From Amoebidium appalachense (Eukaryota; Protista; Ichthyosporea), in assembly GCA_963693365.1 (NCBI GenBank), contig CAVNZM010000004.1:8407093-8471092 (forward strand): a stretch of DNA of 64,000 bases. Reading direction: 5' to 3'. A program made the translations under genes and the position numbers. The notes beneath the pieces were generated by a model, which was not told the DNA's origin, did no database searches, and was given only the letters and a program-made list of their open reading frames with translations. Shown one piece after another: positions 32,915-46,820 of the stretch. Each line of letters starts with the position of its first letter. The first letter of the stretch is position 1.

Positions 32915-33454
32915 CCCCCCCCCCCGGGGGCCCCCTCTGCCCCCCCCCCCCCCCCCCCGCTTCTCCCCCCCTCCCCCCCCTTCCCCCCTCCCCCCCCCCC
33001 CCCCCCCCCCCCCCGCCCCCCCCCACCCCCACCCCCCGGTACCCCGCCGCCCCCGGCCCCCACGTGGCGGTGCATGCCCGCCCTTTGATTCGAACTTCAA
33101 GGGCTGCACCGTATACTCAGTCGGACGCGAGGAGCATTGCAGGGGAGGCGACAGTGGGGGTGGAGGTATAGTGGTGGTGGTGGTGGTAAAGTTTTATTTC
33201 AAAGTTTATATCTTTACTAATAAAATTTTTGTTTGCCTTTTCAAGTGTGGGCTTTTTTTTGGTTTTTTTGTTAGGGGGGGGGGGGGGGGGGGGGAGGGGG
33301 AGGGGCTAGGGCGGTTTTGAAGGGGAGACGTACAAGGGGCGGGCAGGGAATGAACTAAAAGGTTGGCAATGTGTAAGTAAGAGTGAGGGGGGGAGTGAGG
33401 GGAAGAAATAGTGAGAACCGGACGAGAAACGGTTTGTATGTGTAAGTGGGTGAA

Positions 33455-33497
<43 letters not shown>

Positions 33498-34437
33498 AGG
33501 GGGAGTTCAAATTCCGCAGATAAGTTGTGGCGGCATTCATGCTTGCAGTTGACTAGCCAGAACTTGCCCGAGATCCAACTTGTGCTTTGCAGTTTGTTCA
33601 TATGCATCAAGCCTCCTCCTCCGGGATGAGTCTTCCGTCTTTCCGACCCCACCGGTACCACAGAGCTGCACCGTGTGTGCCGGGGGGGGGGGGGGGGGGG
33701 GTTGACGTGTGCATGTGTGTGTGTGAGGGTGTGTGTGTGTGTGGTGGCGGTGGTGGGGAGGGGGGAGGGGGGGGGAGGGCAGGTGCCTATGTTTGTTCGC
33801 ACATTGTGGATAACCACTGTTGCGTGCCTGTAAATGGGCACCTGTGTGTATACCACCACGATTACAACATGATATTATCGGTCATGCACCGTAACACACG
33901 ATGTGCACATGAATTCTAGGCTCTTTACCAGGTAGTATCCAACAAACGAGAGTCGGTGGATTCCGTATTATGTATTATATTTTAGGTACACGTACTCTTT
34001 AATTGGTGATTACAATCATGCACAGTGATTTCATATGTATTGGTTCGGACCACATGCGTAATTAAGATCACACACCCCTTAACCCATTTACCCTTCATTC
34101 TATTTTATGTTATTTTATGGAACCTTGGTGCATGTCGACAAGTGATAAAGGTCAAACGACTCAAGTATGGCATGGGGAGAAATGTTGCTATTTGGAGTTC
34201 AATATTATGTATGTGTACTGCTAAACATGACACAAGCATCTAAACTAAAGCCCACTTGTTTCATATGAATGCAAACACAACAATTGGCTCTCTCTTACCG
34301 TCCCAATAGTTCACGAGCCGATGTTCACATACAATCTACATGCTATCATAGCTACGTCTAAACCACTTCACCAGAAATCACAGCCCCTACACAAACCCAA
34401 CTAACCCCATTCTCATTTCACATCCTAATACTAGCAT

Positions 34438-34631
34438 CTACAGATCCGTGCGGAACTTGAATCCAGGGGGAGGTGGTGGTGTTGTGAGTGCTGTCAGCCC
34501 AGCCGAGTTCTCGCATGACTGCCTGCCGCTCTGTGGGCCCTTCTGTGGCTGCTTGCCCTGTGCAAGTGCCTTGAGAATGCTCTCCGTGTTGCTGGGTGTG
34601 AGGTCCTCCTGGTGGGAGGAACGTGTTGGTG

Positions 34632-34684
<53 letters not shown>

Positions 34685-34863
34685 CTTGGTGGTGGTGGGA
34701 GTGGTGATGGGGGAAGGGGGAAGGGGAGGGGGGGGGGGGGGGGGGGGGGAAGGAGGAGGAGGGAAGAAGAGGGAGGGAGGGATGGATGTGGGTACGGTAT
34801 TAAATTTTTTTTTTTTTTTTTTAAAAAAAGGGGTGGTGGTGTGTGTGTGTGTGTGTGTGTGGT

Positions 34864-34896
<33 letters not shown>

Positions 34897-35036
34897 GGAC
34901 AAAATAGTTGGATGGGGCCTGTACCGCAATGTGTGTGTGTATATGTGTGCGTGTGTGTAAGAGAGAGCATGCACACAGATGCATGCACGTGAGTGTGTGT
35001 ATATGTGTACGCCGGCCCGTGCCCGGATGTGTGTGT

Positions 35037-35091
<55 letters not shown>

Positions 35092-36395
35092 GTGTTTGTT
35101 GAAAAGGGGGGCCGAGGGGAGGGGGGTAGGGGTGGAGTGGGGGGTGGGGGGGCAATGAGCATACATAGTAATCGTCATTGACGGACAGGACAGGTGCATT
35201 GACACAGGCGCCGGCACACTCGACCTCACCCAGTGTGAACATGCCGTCTGGGGTCGTCTCTCCGATCTGGCCATGGAAAAGAAACACCTCAGAATTAGAA
35301 ACACCGTGTATCGGAAAACCCATAACAAATCATACAAGGGGACTGTTGTGACTGGAACTGAACATGAAAGAGCGAAACGGGGAGGCGGTGCCCCCCCCTC
35401 CCCTTCCCCCCCCAACAAAAAAAGGGGGCTGATTTACTGACAAGCACTTCATAAGGTCTTAACAATAGAGTTAAAAATACTCCTACCAATGTCTTGCAAC
35501 ATGGCATATCTGGAGTGGATGTAATGATTTCTCTTCCTGCTTTTCAAGATATCAAAAAGAGTACTTGAGGTAGAGACAAAGAGCAAAATGCCGCAGGGGA
35601 AAGGGGAGGAGGGGGGGGGGGGGGGGGAGGGGGGATGTCCTGTAGGTAAAAACAATCCGAGACAACCAACTTTTTACCAAAGCAACGAGACCAATCAAGA
35701 AAAAGGTGCGCAACCACAGGTTGGCCTTGCTCATGCATATCCGACCTGCATTTGCCTGTACTTTGCCTGACAAAGCTCCATCTCTCCTCCCCCCCCCCCC
35801 CCCCACACACACACACACACACACAATCCCCGACACACACAACCCCTCCCCCCCCCCCCGGAAATACATGCTCACAAATAGAAAGCACGATCCCACTACT
35901 GTCCTTCCTCAAACCCCTTGTCTTGCCTCTGCACATACATCACCTCCCCCCCCCCCCCCCCCCCCCCCCCCCGACCCCTGCCCATCCCCCCAACCCCCCC
36001 ACCCCCTTTTCCCTTCCAACCCAGCATCTACAAAAACCACTAACCCCCCCCCCCCTCTTCAAACCCAGACACGCACCTTGATGCCGAGTGTCTTTTCGCA
36101 GGCCTCGACTATGCCCTTGCACCCGCGCAGCTGGCAGGGTGTGGTGGTGCACACCTGCACGTGGTACTTGCCCACCGGCCTCCTGCAGCCGTGATATTAA
36201 AAAATTAGAGCTGCAATTATAGAATACTCTAAATTAAACTCAATGTCAGCATTTGAACATAGGTTTGCACCTCACATTTACCATTAGATATGTTCTTGAC
36301 CTAACGAGAGTACCAGATTATGCATAGGACGAAAAAAAAAAGAGAGTACCTCAACATTCGCTTAATGCCCCTCCCCCCCTTCCCCCCTCCCCCCC

Positions 36396-36433
<38 letters not shown>

Positions 36434-36482
36434 AAGGTCGCTTCTGTCCTCATATTCCATGCTTCGATGTTTCCTTCAATAG

Positions 36483-36520
<38 letters not shown>

Positions 36521-37403
36521 TCTCCCCCTCGTCTCCAAACCCCCCCCCCCCCCCACCCTCCCCCCCTCCTCTCCAACCCCCCCCCCCTCCCCACCCCTCA
36601 TCCCCCCCCCCCCCCCCACCCCCCCCCCCCTCCCTCCCCCCCCCTCCTCTCCAAACCCCCCCCCCTCCCCACTCATCTCCCCCACCCCCCACCCCCGCCA
36701 GCCGGGGCACGGTACCTGTTGAACATTGTGTAGAAGGTAGCCACCTCGTAGGCACGCATGGGGGGGATGTTAAGCATCTCAGACACCTGCACACACATGG
36801 TTGATTAGTAAAGGGAGCGTTCACATGGTGTTTGCATCTCATATGGGTTACAGTGAGAAAAATAGTGCAAGTAGGTCAAATTTCGGCATGTGTGTGGCTG
36901 TTTATGTAAACGCGCAAGGACCGAAGTGGATAGGGTAGAAGGAACAACATAGGAAGAATGGGCGCCATGGGGGGGGGGGGGGGGGGGGGAGGGGGAGGGG
37001 GGAGGTTCGGGAGTAAGGGCCCTCTAAGGGAGATGGTGGGAATGGAAGCGGAAAAGATAGGCCACCACGGGTTCATGGGGTAAGAGTAAAAGGGTGGGGA
37101 GGAGAGGGTGTGTATGTGTATGTGTGTGTGTGTGTGGTCGTGTGTGTGTGTGTGGGGGGGGGCGGGGGAGGAAGAGGGGGGGGGGGGGGGGGGGGTGTAC
37201 ATACGGTGTTCATAGCCGATAGAGGAAGCCAACCGTGCTGCCTCTGAGCCAGGTCGAGCAGGGGGATGAGGGCTGCCCTTTGGTGGCTGGGGGGGTAGTT
37301 GGCCATGATGGCTTTGGCTCGCTCCATGTTGTCTGAAGTGAACGAGAAGGGCTTGTTGTCTTCCTCGAAGATAAGGTCGTCATCGTTCTGTGGTAGAAGG
37401 TGT

Positions 37404-37451
<48 letters not shown>

Positions 37452-38109
37452 TGGGGGGGATCATGAGTTATGAGTTCTTTGCCTCTGAGGTTTTCGACTA
37501 TTGGTTCTCTGCTCTCTGCTCTTTTCGCTCTCTCTCTAATCTCCGCCCCTCTCCCCCTCCCCTTTTCCTGACTGACATCTCCAGAACCTTTGAACAAAAA
37601 TAAGGGTGACTTTTAGATGCCGGGAGCCTGGCCAAAAAAGCGCTCCACCAACCCGGTGCCCATAGTGCGAGGAGAAAACATAAAGCAGCTTTCGGAGAAG
37701 GTGAAGGTGAACAGGTAGAAAAGAGCAAGCAGAGCCAGAGAACCAAGAACTGTTAGCACACGAAGAACCACATGTTGCGCGCACACACACACGCACAAGC
37801 ACGCAGGAGTGGGCATGGAAAAAGAAGAACCTAGGGTTAGGCGACATTTCGATGAATGAACTGACAAATAATATGTTTGGCTTTGCCCTCCTTTCTATAA
37901 ACTGCGATTGTCATATACCTACGGGAAACCCGAACAAGAAATACTGACACAGGCACCAACAATGCGAAAAACTTTCGTTTTTTTTTTTTGCAAACCTTGA
38001 ACACCCGTCCATGGTAGCGCACAGCTGCCGTGTGCAGTGCACGTGCAAGGGGTGCAGCAGTGGCAGCGGCCACACGTGGCAGGACCCTGGGAGCAAGGCG
38101 GGACAACAT
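34438..38109 (-). CDS. NDUFV2: NADH:ubiquinone oxidoreductase 24-kDa 2Fe-2S subunit precursor (248 aa). Exons 38109-37996, 37387-37205, 36786-36716, 36182-36077, 35266-35165, 34608-34438
   Basis: Arg/Ala-rich mitochondrial presequence; [79 protein letters not shown] introns with consistent phases. Confidence 0.97.
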
Positions 38110-38136
38110 GGTCGGGGTGGGAGTAATGACGTGTAT

Positions 38137-38489
38137 CTGCGACAATAGACAGGTTAGGAGATCAGTAGGGTTGTCCAGGAGCTACCAGAAAAGCAATGTT
38201 ATGATCGTGCCTTTTGTTCCGGCCCCTAACCCCTCTTCCCCCCCCTCCCCACCAAACACACACACAAACACACCTCTACAACGCCCTTACACCACACACA
38301 CTCCCTTCCTCACATTAGAATTGGATGGTGCAGAGTCCTTGACAAGCCTGCCCCCCCCCCTCCCCCTCCCCCCCCCCCCCCCCCCCCCCTCCCTCTCCTA
38401 CCCCCCCACACGCACAACCTTCCACCGGTCCTAACCCTTTACCACCTCCATTCCTCCAATATGCACAAACACAACCACATCTCACCTAC
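38137..38489 (-). other. Probable 5'-UTR intron of NDUFV2
   Basis: Minus-strand donor GTAGGTGAG at 38489, branch-like CCTAAC at ~38155, acceptor TCGCAG 27 nt before the ATG. Confidence 0.45.
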
Positions 38490-38828
38490 CACCAGAGAGT
38501 TTTGAGCATCCCCATGAAGAGCACCTATGCCATATCATGTGAATTCCTGGTCCCTCCAAGCCACCCTCATCCCTCGTGTCTTTCCCATTTCACCAGTCTC
38601 TATTCTAAACCTGTACATACCCCTCTGCCTTTCAAGTGCCCCCTTAACCCCCTCCCCCCGCCCCCGTTCTCTCTCCTTTTCCTACCCAGATCTAAACCTC
38701 AGACCAGGTTAAAATAGTAGCCAAGCCGTGGGCTACAGCCGAGTAACCGGTTCATTCTTCGAACAGAGCCAACATAAGTGGGTGAAAGGTTGGGTGGTGG
38801 TGATTGTGGTTGTGGTGGTAGTGGTCGT

Positions 38829-38860
<32 letters not shown>

Positions 38861-40832
38861 AGGGGAGGGGGGGGAGGGGGGAGGGGGGAGGGAGGGGGGC
38901 TAGGAATAGGTGTCGAAGTCCTACTACCCACGAGACAAAGCTAAAATGAACAGCGGTGCATTCTGAGAATATAATATGGCGGGGGCGTTCTAAACAGTCT
39001 TTTTTTTATGAAAACCTGCACGGCAATGGTGCTGCACTGCACGGTTGTAGATAAACCGGTATGCAAACCAGTTAGTTGTAGAAGAAAAAGAATTCCAGGA
39101 ACCCAGAGAAGCAGAAATTGTGTATAGCCCTTGCTCCACAGAAAGCCTAAGTTAAAATTATGATTATCAGTAGACATGTGTGACTCAAGCTTGAGGTTGC
39201 TCATATAAAGAAGGCCAGAGGAGCAGCCAGCAAGATGGAAATCGTTGAGATCTTTAATAGTTAACACGCACAGCGAGCCTGCAAAGTACCCAAGCAGAGG
39301 AGTAGCCACTGCCCCAACTTTTACAAAATCACATTCGAAGGCTAGATCTCAGTTTACCGGTCAAAAAAAGTGCTCGTTGTCTATGAATCTGTGCTGTCCT
39401 CACAAGTTAAAAGATGCTCATGTTCCCATGTGGGAACTCACCAGAAACAGGGGTTCAGCAAAGTGTTGGTGCTGGCGTTGGACGAAATCGTTCTCTCCTC
39501 GCAATTACTTGAACAACAGCAAACACACACAATACCAAGCAAGGAGCGAATACAGAAGAACAAGAAAAACGAGATCTAACACTACCCAGAAAACACCATA
39601 AAGAGTAAGGCCGAAAAACAAAGCCGCTTGAGTTTTGTGTTTCGTTTTTGTGAGGCCACTGAGAAATGGAATTTTGGAATCTTCGAAATGGAATCCGCAG
39701 CGAGCAGGGGTCTCCGATTCGAATCCGTTTCGAATTCCCCACACGTTCCGAATCATCTATTTCGGATCAAAGATTCAAAGGACTTCGAATCCAATTACAC
39801 AGTCAGCCAGTGATCTAATGCTTCTTTGCGTGGACAGAAATTGAGCCTTATAGCGCTAATTTATGGTAATTTCATAGGGTGTCTTATGGGACAAATACTA
39901 TCTACAAACCGAAACAAGGTTTTCCGATCTCCCTTTGTTCAAAGCCTTTAAAACGGTTCGGGTCGCAGCTAAAATGACCCGTTGGGTCGAATCTTCCACG
40001 ATCTTGAGGAACTCGCTAGAAGCAATCGAAGCTTTATAAACACCGAAGGGCATATGGAAGACAAAAAAACTGTTCGTTAACATTTACAAACTAATAAATA
40101 GAGGCTATCATAAGGAAAATTGATCAGACAAATTGTGCCATATACGTTCTATTTCGTCAGGACCGGCTCGAAGCGGGCAGTTTACACACTGTCACACAGT
40201 CAGCTGTGGCTCATCTGATTGGTTTTTTCGGCACCGATTCCAACTTCGTGCACTTTGCCTTTTTTGGCAGGAGATTCCAGTCATGTGCCACTGCAGCGAA
40301 GCAAAGGAAAAGGGAACTTCGGGAAGCAGTTGTAAACGAAAAAAGGAAATAAATTCAACAGCCATATAATAACAGCGCATAAATCCAACGAGGCTCTAAA
40401 CTCATATGTAAGGCATGGTAAAGCTGCAGTGCTGGTTATGGCATACCGTATTTGTGGTTGCAACCGCGGCCTGGCTCCGCAGGCTTCCGGCAGGTGACAC
40501 AGGCAACAGGAGCCACCTGCCGGGTAAATGTTTAAAGCAGCCAATCAGAACAAAATCTCGTTTTGCGTAAATCGGCAACAAGCGACCGGCCTCCTAGGGA
40601 TCCTACTTAGAGTAGGAGGCCTTGCCGCGAAGGCGGAAGAAGGGGGAGGGGTCCGGATTCCGGAGCAGGACGTGAGGATCCGGAGAGGGGATGGTTTTCA
40701 CGTGTATTTTTCAGGCTGTCTTGAGATTCTTATCTTTGGTGCAGTAAGAACACTCAAACGCCAAGTTAGTTGCGAAATCTAGGAGCCGAAACATATGACC
40801 ATTCAGCAAGAATTTGCGAACCCAGTGTGAGG

Positions 40833-41156
40833 ATGGCGAGTGAATACGAACTCGTTTGTGGAGATGTGGGCCCTTCTGGGGCCTATGTGGTCAGCTGGGG
40901 GCAAGGGGGTGTGTGGGCCTTCAGCGCAAACATACCTAGCGTAAGCTAACCCCCCCCCCCCCCCCCCCCCCCCCCCTTTTCTCTCTCCCTTCCTTTGTCG
41001 GTCTCCCTCCGTTTCCCTCTTCCTATCACTCTCACTCCCTGCCCTTCTATACTTCTCTCTCTCCTTCTACCCCCACCCCCCTCTTTAACCCTCCCTCTTC
41101 TTTTCCCTCTGCTTCCAGCCCCCCATTATCCGCCCCTCCCCCCCCCCCCCCCCCCT

Positions 41157-41253
<97 letters not shown>

Positions 41254-43015
41254 CCCCCCTTCCCCCCCCCCCTTCTCCCTCTTTCTCCCCCCCTCTCTCT
41301 TTCTTTTTGATCCTTTGGACAATCCACGGACTTCCTCTCGTGCTCCCACATGCGTCCCTCCCTCACGTTCCCATCATTTCTCACTCCTTTGCCTTCCCTC
41401 TGCATGCAGGCCTGCATCTTTCTTGCATTTGATTGATATCTTTACAACTGCACTGAACAAGACGTACCTGTCTACCTGTTTCATGAGAGTGCACAGGGCT
41501 GTAGATGTACATACCTAGATCCGTGTGCATGACCACCGGCCTAAGTAAAATCCTCTAACCACCTCTTTCTACTTTCACTTCTCGTTCTAATCAGGCCACC
41601 TTTATCTTCCTATGTCATGAGATTCTTGCGACACGCTTGTGGCATTTGTGGTCCTTATCCCATCCCCCCCCCCCCCCCCCCCTCCCCCCCCCTCCCCCCG
41701 CCCCTCCCTGCCCGCCCCTCCGTTTCCCACCCTCTTTCTCTTCTTCTTCAGTCCTCCCCCCCCCCCCCCCCCCTCTCTCCCGGTCTATTTTCGTCGATTG
41801 GTGAGCCCACCCCTCTACAACTCAAATGCACTCTCCCCCCTCCCCCTCCCCCTCTCCCTCCGGGTCTTTGAAAACTCACAAACTGCACCTACTGTGGTAG
41901 CACCTGAACGTCGACCCCTCCCCTTTCAAAGCAAATACACAGAACATTCCATTAGAAAACTTACAAGGATAAGGAAGATCGATCTTTTTTGTTCTCTCCC
42001 TCACCATCTATTCTTGCATTATTCGGGTACATGTGCACCCCAGATGTTGATGGTGGTGATTCTTCGGTCTAGATACCGCGCGAAGTTGTCCCCTGGAGCC
42101 CCCCCCCCCCCCCCAAAAAAAAAAAAAAAAAAAAAAAAACACCCGTTCTTCTATTTACACTGCACCACACGTTTCGTACTTACACGCCTCTGTGTTTTCA
42201 CAGGCCCTGTACGAGCAGCTTTTCAGCCGACCAGCGGAGAAGCCAGGGGTTTCCTCCGTGTCTCTCGGGCCGCAGGGGGGTTTTTTCGTTCAATTTTCTG
42301 ACGGAGAGTACTTTTGCGAATGCCCGCCGGGGGCTATGAACGATATCGAAAACATGACTGCGGCCCCCAGACACTGCGAGTTTGGCTCTCTAAACGGGTC
42401 GTATGTTTTGCTTTTCGCCGACGGCACGGTAACGTGGGATAACGTACCCTTTCAGTTAGGGAAGTTGCTCCAACGACGTTACAGGGACGTTTGCGATGTC
42501 GCTCTAGGTGAAGGCGGAGCGTATTTTGTCCTTTTTTCGGACGGTTCGTTTCTTTGGCGGAATCTACCAGTAAGACTGGTACGTGCGCTCGAACAAGCGG
42601 AAAAGGTTCAGTTTGTTAGACTGTCGTGTGACTCGAGAAATTACGTTGCCAAGATAGACGGGAGGATATTTCTGTGCGGGAGCCAGGAGTTGGAGAACAG
42701 CGCTAGCGACTGGTTGGATATATCTACGTTGAGATATTCTCAGGAGGTTATCTGGCCGCATTTTTCAGACGGCTACCCATTGCAGGTAATATCCCAATAC
42801 CAGTGTCCAATTTCCATTACTCTCCCCCCCCCCCTTCCCCTCTTCCGCCCGGTGTGAAAATTAGCCAACCTGCACATATCAATGATTGTGGGGTTGCTAC
42901 TGTATTTTAGCCTGCAGTGGTTGAGTTGGGTAGGTCAGCCTAGGTATATGGTTTGGTTGGTAGGCGTGTGGTTCTTGGTTGGTGGAACCGGTTCTTCTCC
43001 CCTTCCCGGTGGGAG

Positions 43016-43068
<53 letters not shown>

Positions 43069-43830
43069 CGGAGAGGGCGAAGAGGTGGGGGAGGGGGGAG
43101 GAGGGCCAGGGGGGGGGGGGGGGGGGGGGGGGATGTGGCAGGAGGCGGTAGCTGGGAGGGGGAGGATGGGAAACTGTAGGGCTGTGTGTCTGTTCAACCT
43201 TGTTTTTATATGTGGTGGTGTTGGTATAGTGAAGGACGGTAGGTGCTGCAGATAGCTGTGTTTGGCTACGGTGGTAACGTTTATTCTTTTCTTTTCTTTT
43301 CTGTTCTTTTTTTTTTTTTTTTTTTGAATTTGATGCTTTGGCTCCCTTGATGGCCGGGGGGAAAGGATGGTGGAGGAGGGGGCCGGGGGGAGGGAGAGAG
43401 GGAGGGAGGGGGATGGGGGAGGTTGGGGCGGATGAGGCAGTGTGTGTGTGGGGGGGGAGGGGGGTGGGGACACACAGGAGCATTAATGGTCTTCGTCGTT
43501 GCATCGGTATATATGGTCGTAAAATCATATACGTATTTAGTTTTTGTCCCCAAGGCACCGGTATTCACTTATCAGAAGGAATTGCTCGGAATTATCTACG
43601 TTTAAGTTCGGATTTAAATTTTTTGCTTGAAGCCACGTAATTTTACAAGTGCTTGCTATTCCTCTTTCGGTTTTCTGCACTTTTCTGCCGACGTGATTTT
43701 GTGCTTCATACTCTGTAACACATTCTAACCCTTTCCCCCCATCACTCCGGATCCACTCTCCTTCACACGCCTGCGTACATCACTCCACTCTCCTTCACAC
43801 GCCTGCGTACAGACACAAGAGCACATGCAT

Positions 43831-43899
<69 letters not shown>

Positions 43900-43924
43900 G
43901 CGCGCACACACACGCACACGCGCG

Positions 43925-43957
<33 letters not shown>

Positions 43958-44131
43958 AGGCTGCCATCAATGATCTTCTTGCTGACAGCAGCGAGGATGC
44001 ACTGTTTGCACAGCCCAAGCTCAGGGTTGTAAAGGCGTACGGTAAATTCTACACCCTGGATAACAGGTATTCTCCCCCCCCCCCTCCCCCCCCCCCCCCC
44101 CCCCCCCCCTCTCATACACACCACACACATA

Positions 44132-44166
<35 letters not shown>

Positions 44167-44349
44167 AAAAACATCCCGCCCAATTCAAAATCTCACTGGT
44201 CAAGCCTGAAAGACGTTCGATATATCCCCTCCCCCCCGCCCCCCTCTGTGTCTCTCCTCCCGCCTTTTTCATTCCCCCTTACCCTCCCTCCTTGCCCTTG
44301 ATTGCGCCTTGATCATGGCATACTACCAGTTTTCCCTAACATACCACCA

Positions 44350-44394
<45 letters not shown>

Positions 44395-44398
44395 TCTC

Positions 44399-44434
<36 letters not shown>

Positions 44435-44666
44435 CACACACACCTCACTACACACACACCTTTTCTGTTGTATCGACCCCCTTCAGGGTATACATGCAGA
44501 AAAATTAAAAGTACACTGTATTTCGTTGATGGAACCCAGGCACGTCACACATGCATGTGGGCTGGTTCACATCCAATGCACCTACACATCCATTAAAAGA
44601 CCACTTTTTTTTTTAATGGGTCACAGCATTGCCCCCACTCCCCCCGAGGCCTCCATGACCCCCCCC

Positions 44667-44702
<36 letters not shown>

Positions 44703-45491
44703 GGCCCCGAAGCAATACCATAGGTTATATAGCCATACTTAACGGATAACACTCACACCTGCACATACACGCACACACACATACACCAAGAACAATACAA
44801 CCATGGTAATCCCCCCCCCCCCCCCCCCCCCCCCCCTGCTTTTCTATTCCTCCCTAGTTCCCTCGTTGAGCATGCTGCATGCTCGGTGTGGCATTTCTGC
44901 ATCCTGCATGCTATGTGCTTTTTCTTTTCTTTTCTTTTCTTTTCTTTTTTCTCCCCCCATATTGGTCCTTACTGCTGTGTATGTAACCCATTTTGAATCC
45001 CCCCCCCCCCCCCCCCCCCCCCCCCCACCACCACCACCACCACCACCACCACCAGGCAACTGCACTGCTACCAGCAGGCCGGCATCCCCTCCGTTCCAGT
45101 CACCCACGTTCCCATCAACCAACACGTGCTGCAAAAATTGGCCCACATCGACGGTACAAGTGTGAGATTGCGCGATGGCCCAAAACCCGTGCAAACAAAC
45201 ACAGAAAACGCAAATGTCAGCACTGCGGCGCATAAAAACACGGGTGTTTCATCCCGGATTGTTGATTCCCGGGCGGAGGTTGGGGTTCCGGCGCAAACAG
45301 AGGATATTGCAAGGGTTAGAACGAGAAGTGGGAGCTCTGTTGGTGAGGGGGTCTCTGGCGTGGGTGTGGGTGTGGGTGGGGAGGGGGGTCGGGCATGTGT
45401 GGGCGGTGGGGAAGGGGGAAATCAGTCCGATGGTGAATTTGATGAGTGTGATGATTATGATGATGATTATAGGTACCACGGCCACCAATGA
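40833..45491 (+). CDS. 410-aa protein with five ~40-aa beta-rich repeats, a ParB/Srx-like (Tox-ParBL1-type, DNRR) domain and a low-complexity tail. Exons 40833-40940, 42204-42785, 43960-44066, 45056-45491
   Basis: GT-AG introns with consistent phases. Repeats of type VxLGxxGxYFVxFxDGxxxWxNxPxxL. Domain [25 protein letters not shown]...[25 protein letters not shown]. Upstream CCAAT boxes at ~40217 and ~40541. Confidence 0.8.
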
Positions 45492-46583
45492 TTTGCTTTT
45501 GTTAATTCATAACTATGTTTTAGGTTGTAATATTAATGCAATCCGGGATTAAAGCAGGTACCTCGGACACCAGTATTTATAATACTGGTATTTGTATATA
45601 CCGGTATATTTTAGATCTCGTTGATAGTTTGGGTTTCAGAGTGCTCATACATGTCAATTATGTGATTCGGGAATACCTTCACGTGCGAGATGTTTCGATT
45701 TCCTCTCTGGTCGGTCGATTTGAGCTACTTCATTCTCTGCAACACAACTTGGTAACCTTTTTGAACGTCAATCCTTCAGGCCTTCAGGAGGGTTTACATT
45801 ATTTTTTTAGACCCTACCTAGCGACATTGATATTATGTACCTAGTTCGAATGTTCGCCAGGTTGAATTGGTGGGATGGGCTGGCATGCATTTGCACATGC
45901 ATGCAGACAAATGTATAACGTACACACAGGCACACCGGCCACACACACACACGCTCGCACGAGACAGACGGTTACACACCCGCATGCACATGTCCAAGCA
46001 GAAAAAGTCTAGTTATGTATATCAAATCGAGAGTAACGGTCGTTCTATTCATCATGATATTGTGCTGTCCAACATCTGTGTGCATTGATGAGACCTTAGA
46101 ATTCCGAATGTATTTTCCGCATGTGTGTAATTACAACTAATATTAATGCCATGTGAATTGCATTTGAAACTTTGCACCAATATTCTTGGTTAGCTCTGAG
46201 TCTGGAATTTTTGCAGTATGAACCCCGGACCCCCGCCCCCGCCCTCCCTTCCGGTTCTCGCTGGCAGCTTGGTGTACTTGGAGTGACCTGAATGGCTTTT
46301 GGGGAGGAAGGGGATATCATCAACGGTCTCCCAACGATCGCAGCTGATTTCCAATCAAGAGGTGCCAGCTGGAGGGGAATTTAAAGGGGTGGCCGGGGTT
46401 GTCAATGACGTTGGGGCCGGGGGTGGGGGGGAGGAGAGAGTGAGAGAGGAGGCTAGGGGGGGGGGGCCCGGGGGGGGGGGGGGGGGGGGGGGGAAGGAGC
46501 TTCAAACCACGTGCACTAATCCAGCAGCTAATTAGCTGAGTAGGCTATATAGCAACCGTGGTGACAGAGCAGGATGTGAGTGA

Positions 46584-46621
<38 letters not shown>

Positions 46622-46789
46622 CTGTGTGTGTGTGTGTGTGCGCGCGCGCGTGTGTGTGTGTGTGTGTGTGACTGTGTGTGTTTTGGCCAAGGGGAGGGGG
46701 GTGGGGAGAGGGGGGGTTGCCCCCGGTTCCCCAATTGCAAACCCATGAACTCCAATTGAAGCTGCCAGCTAGGAGGGGAGGGAGGGAGA

Positions 46790-46820
<31 letters not shown>

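Noticed and set aside
39710-39735. TTCGAATCC as a tRNA T-loop
   Set aside because: No cloverleaf or acceptor stem; part of a GAATC-rich patch.
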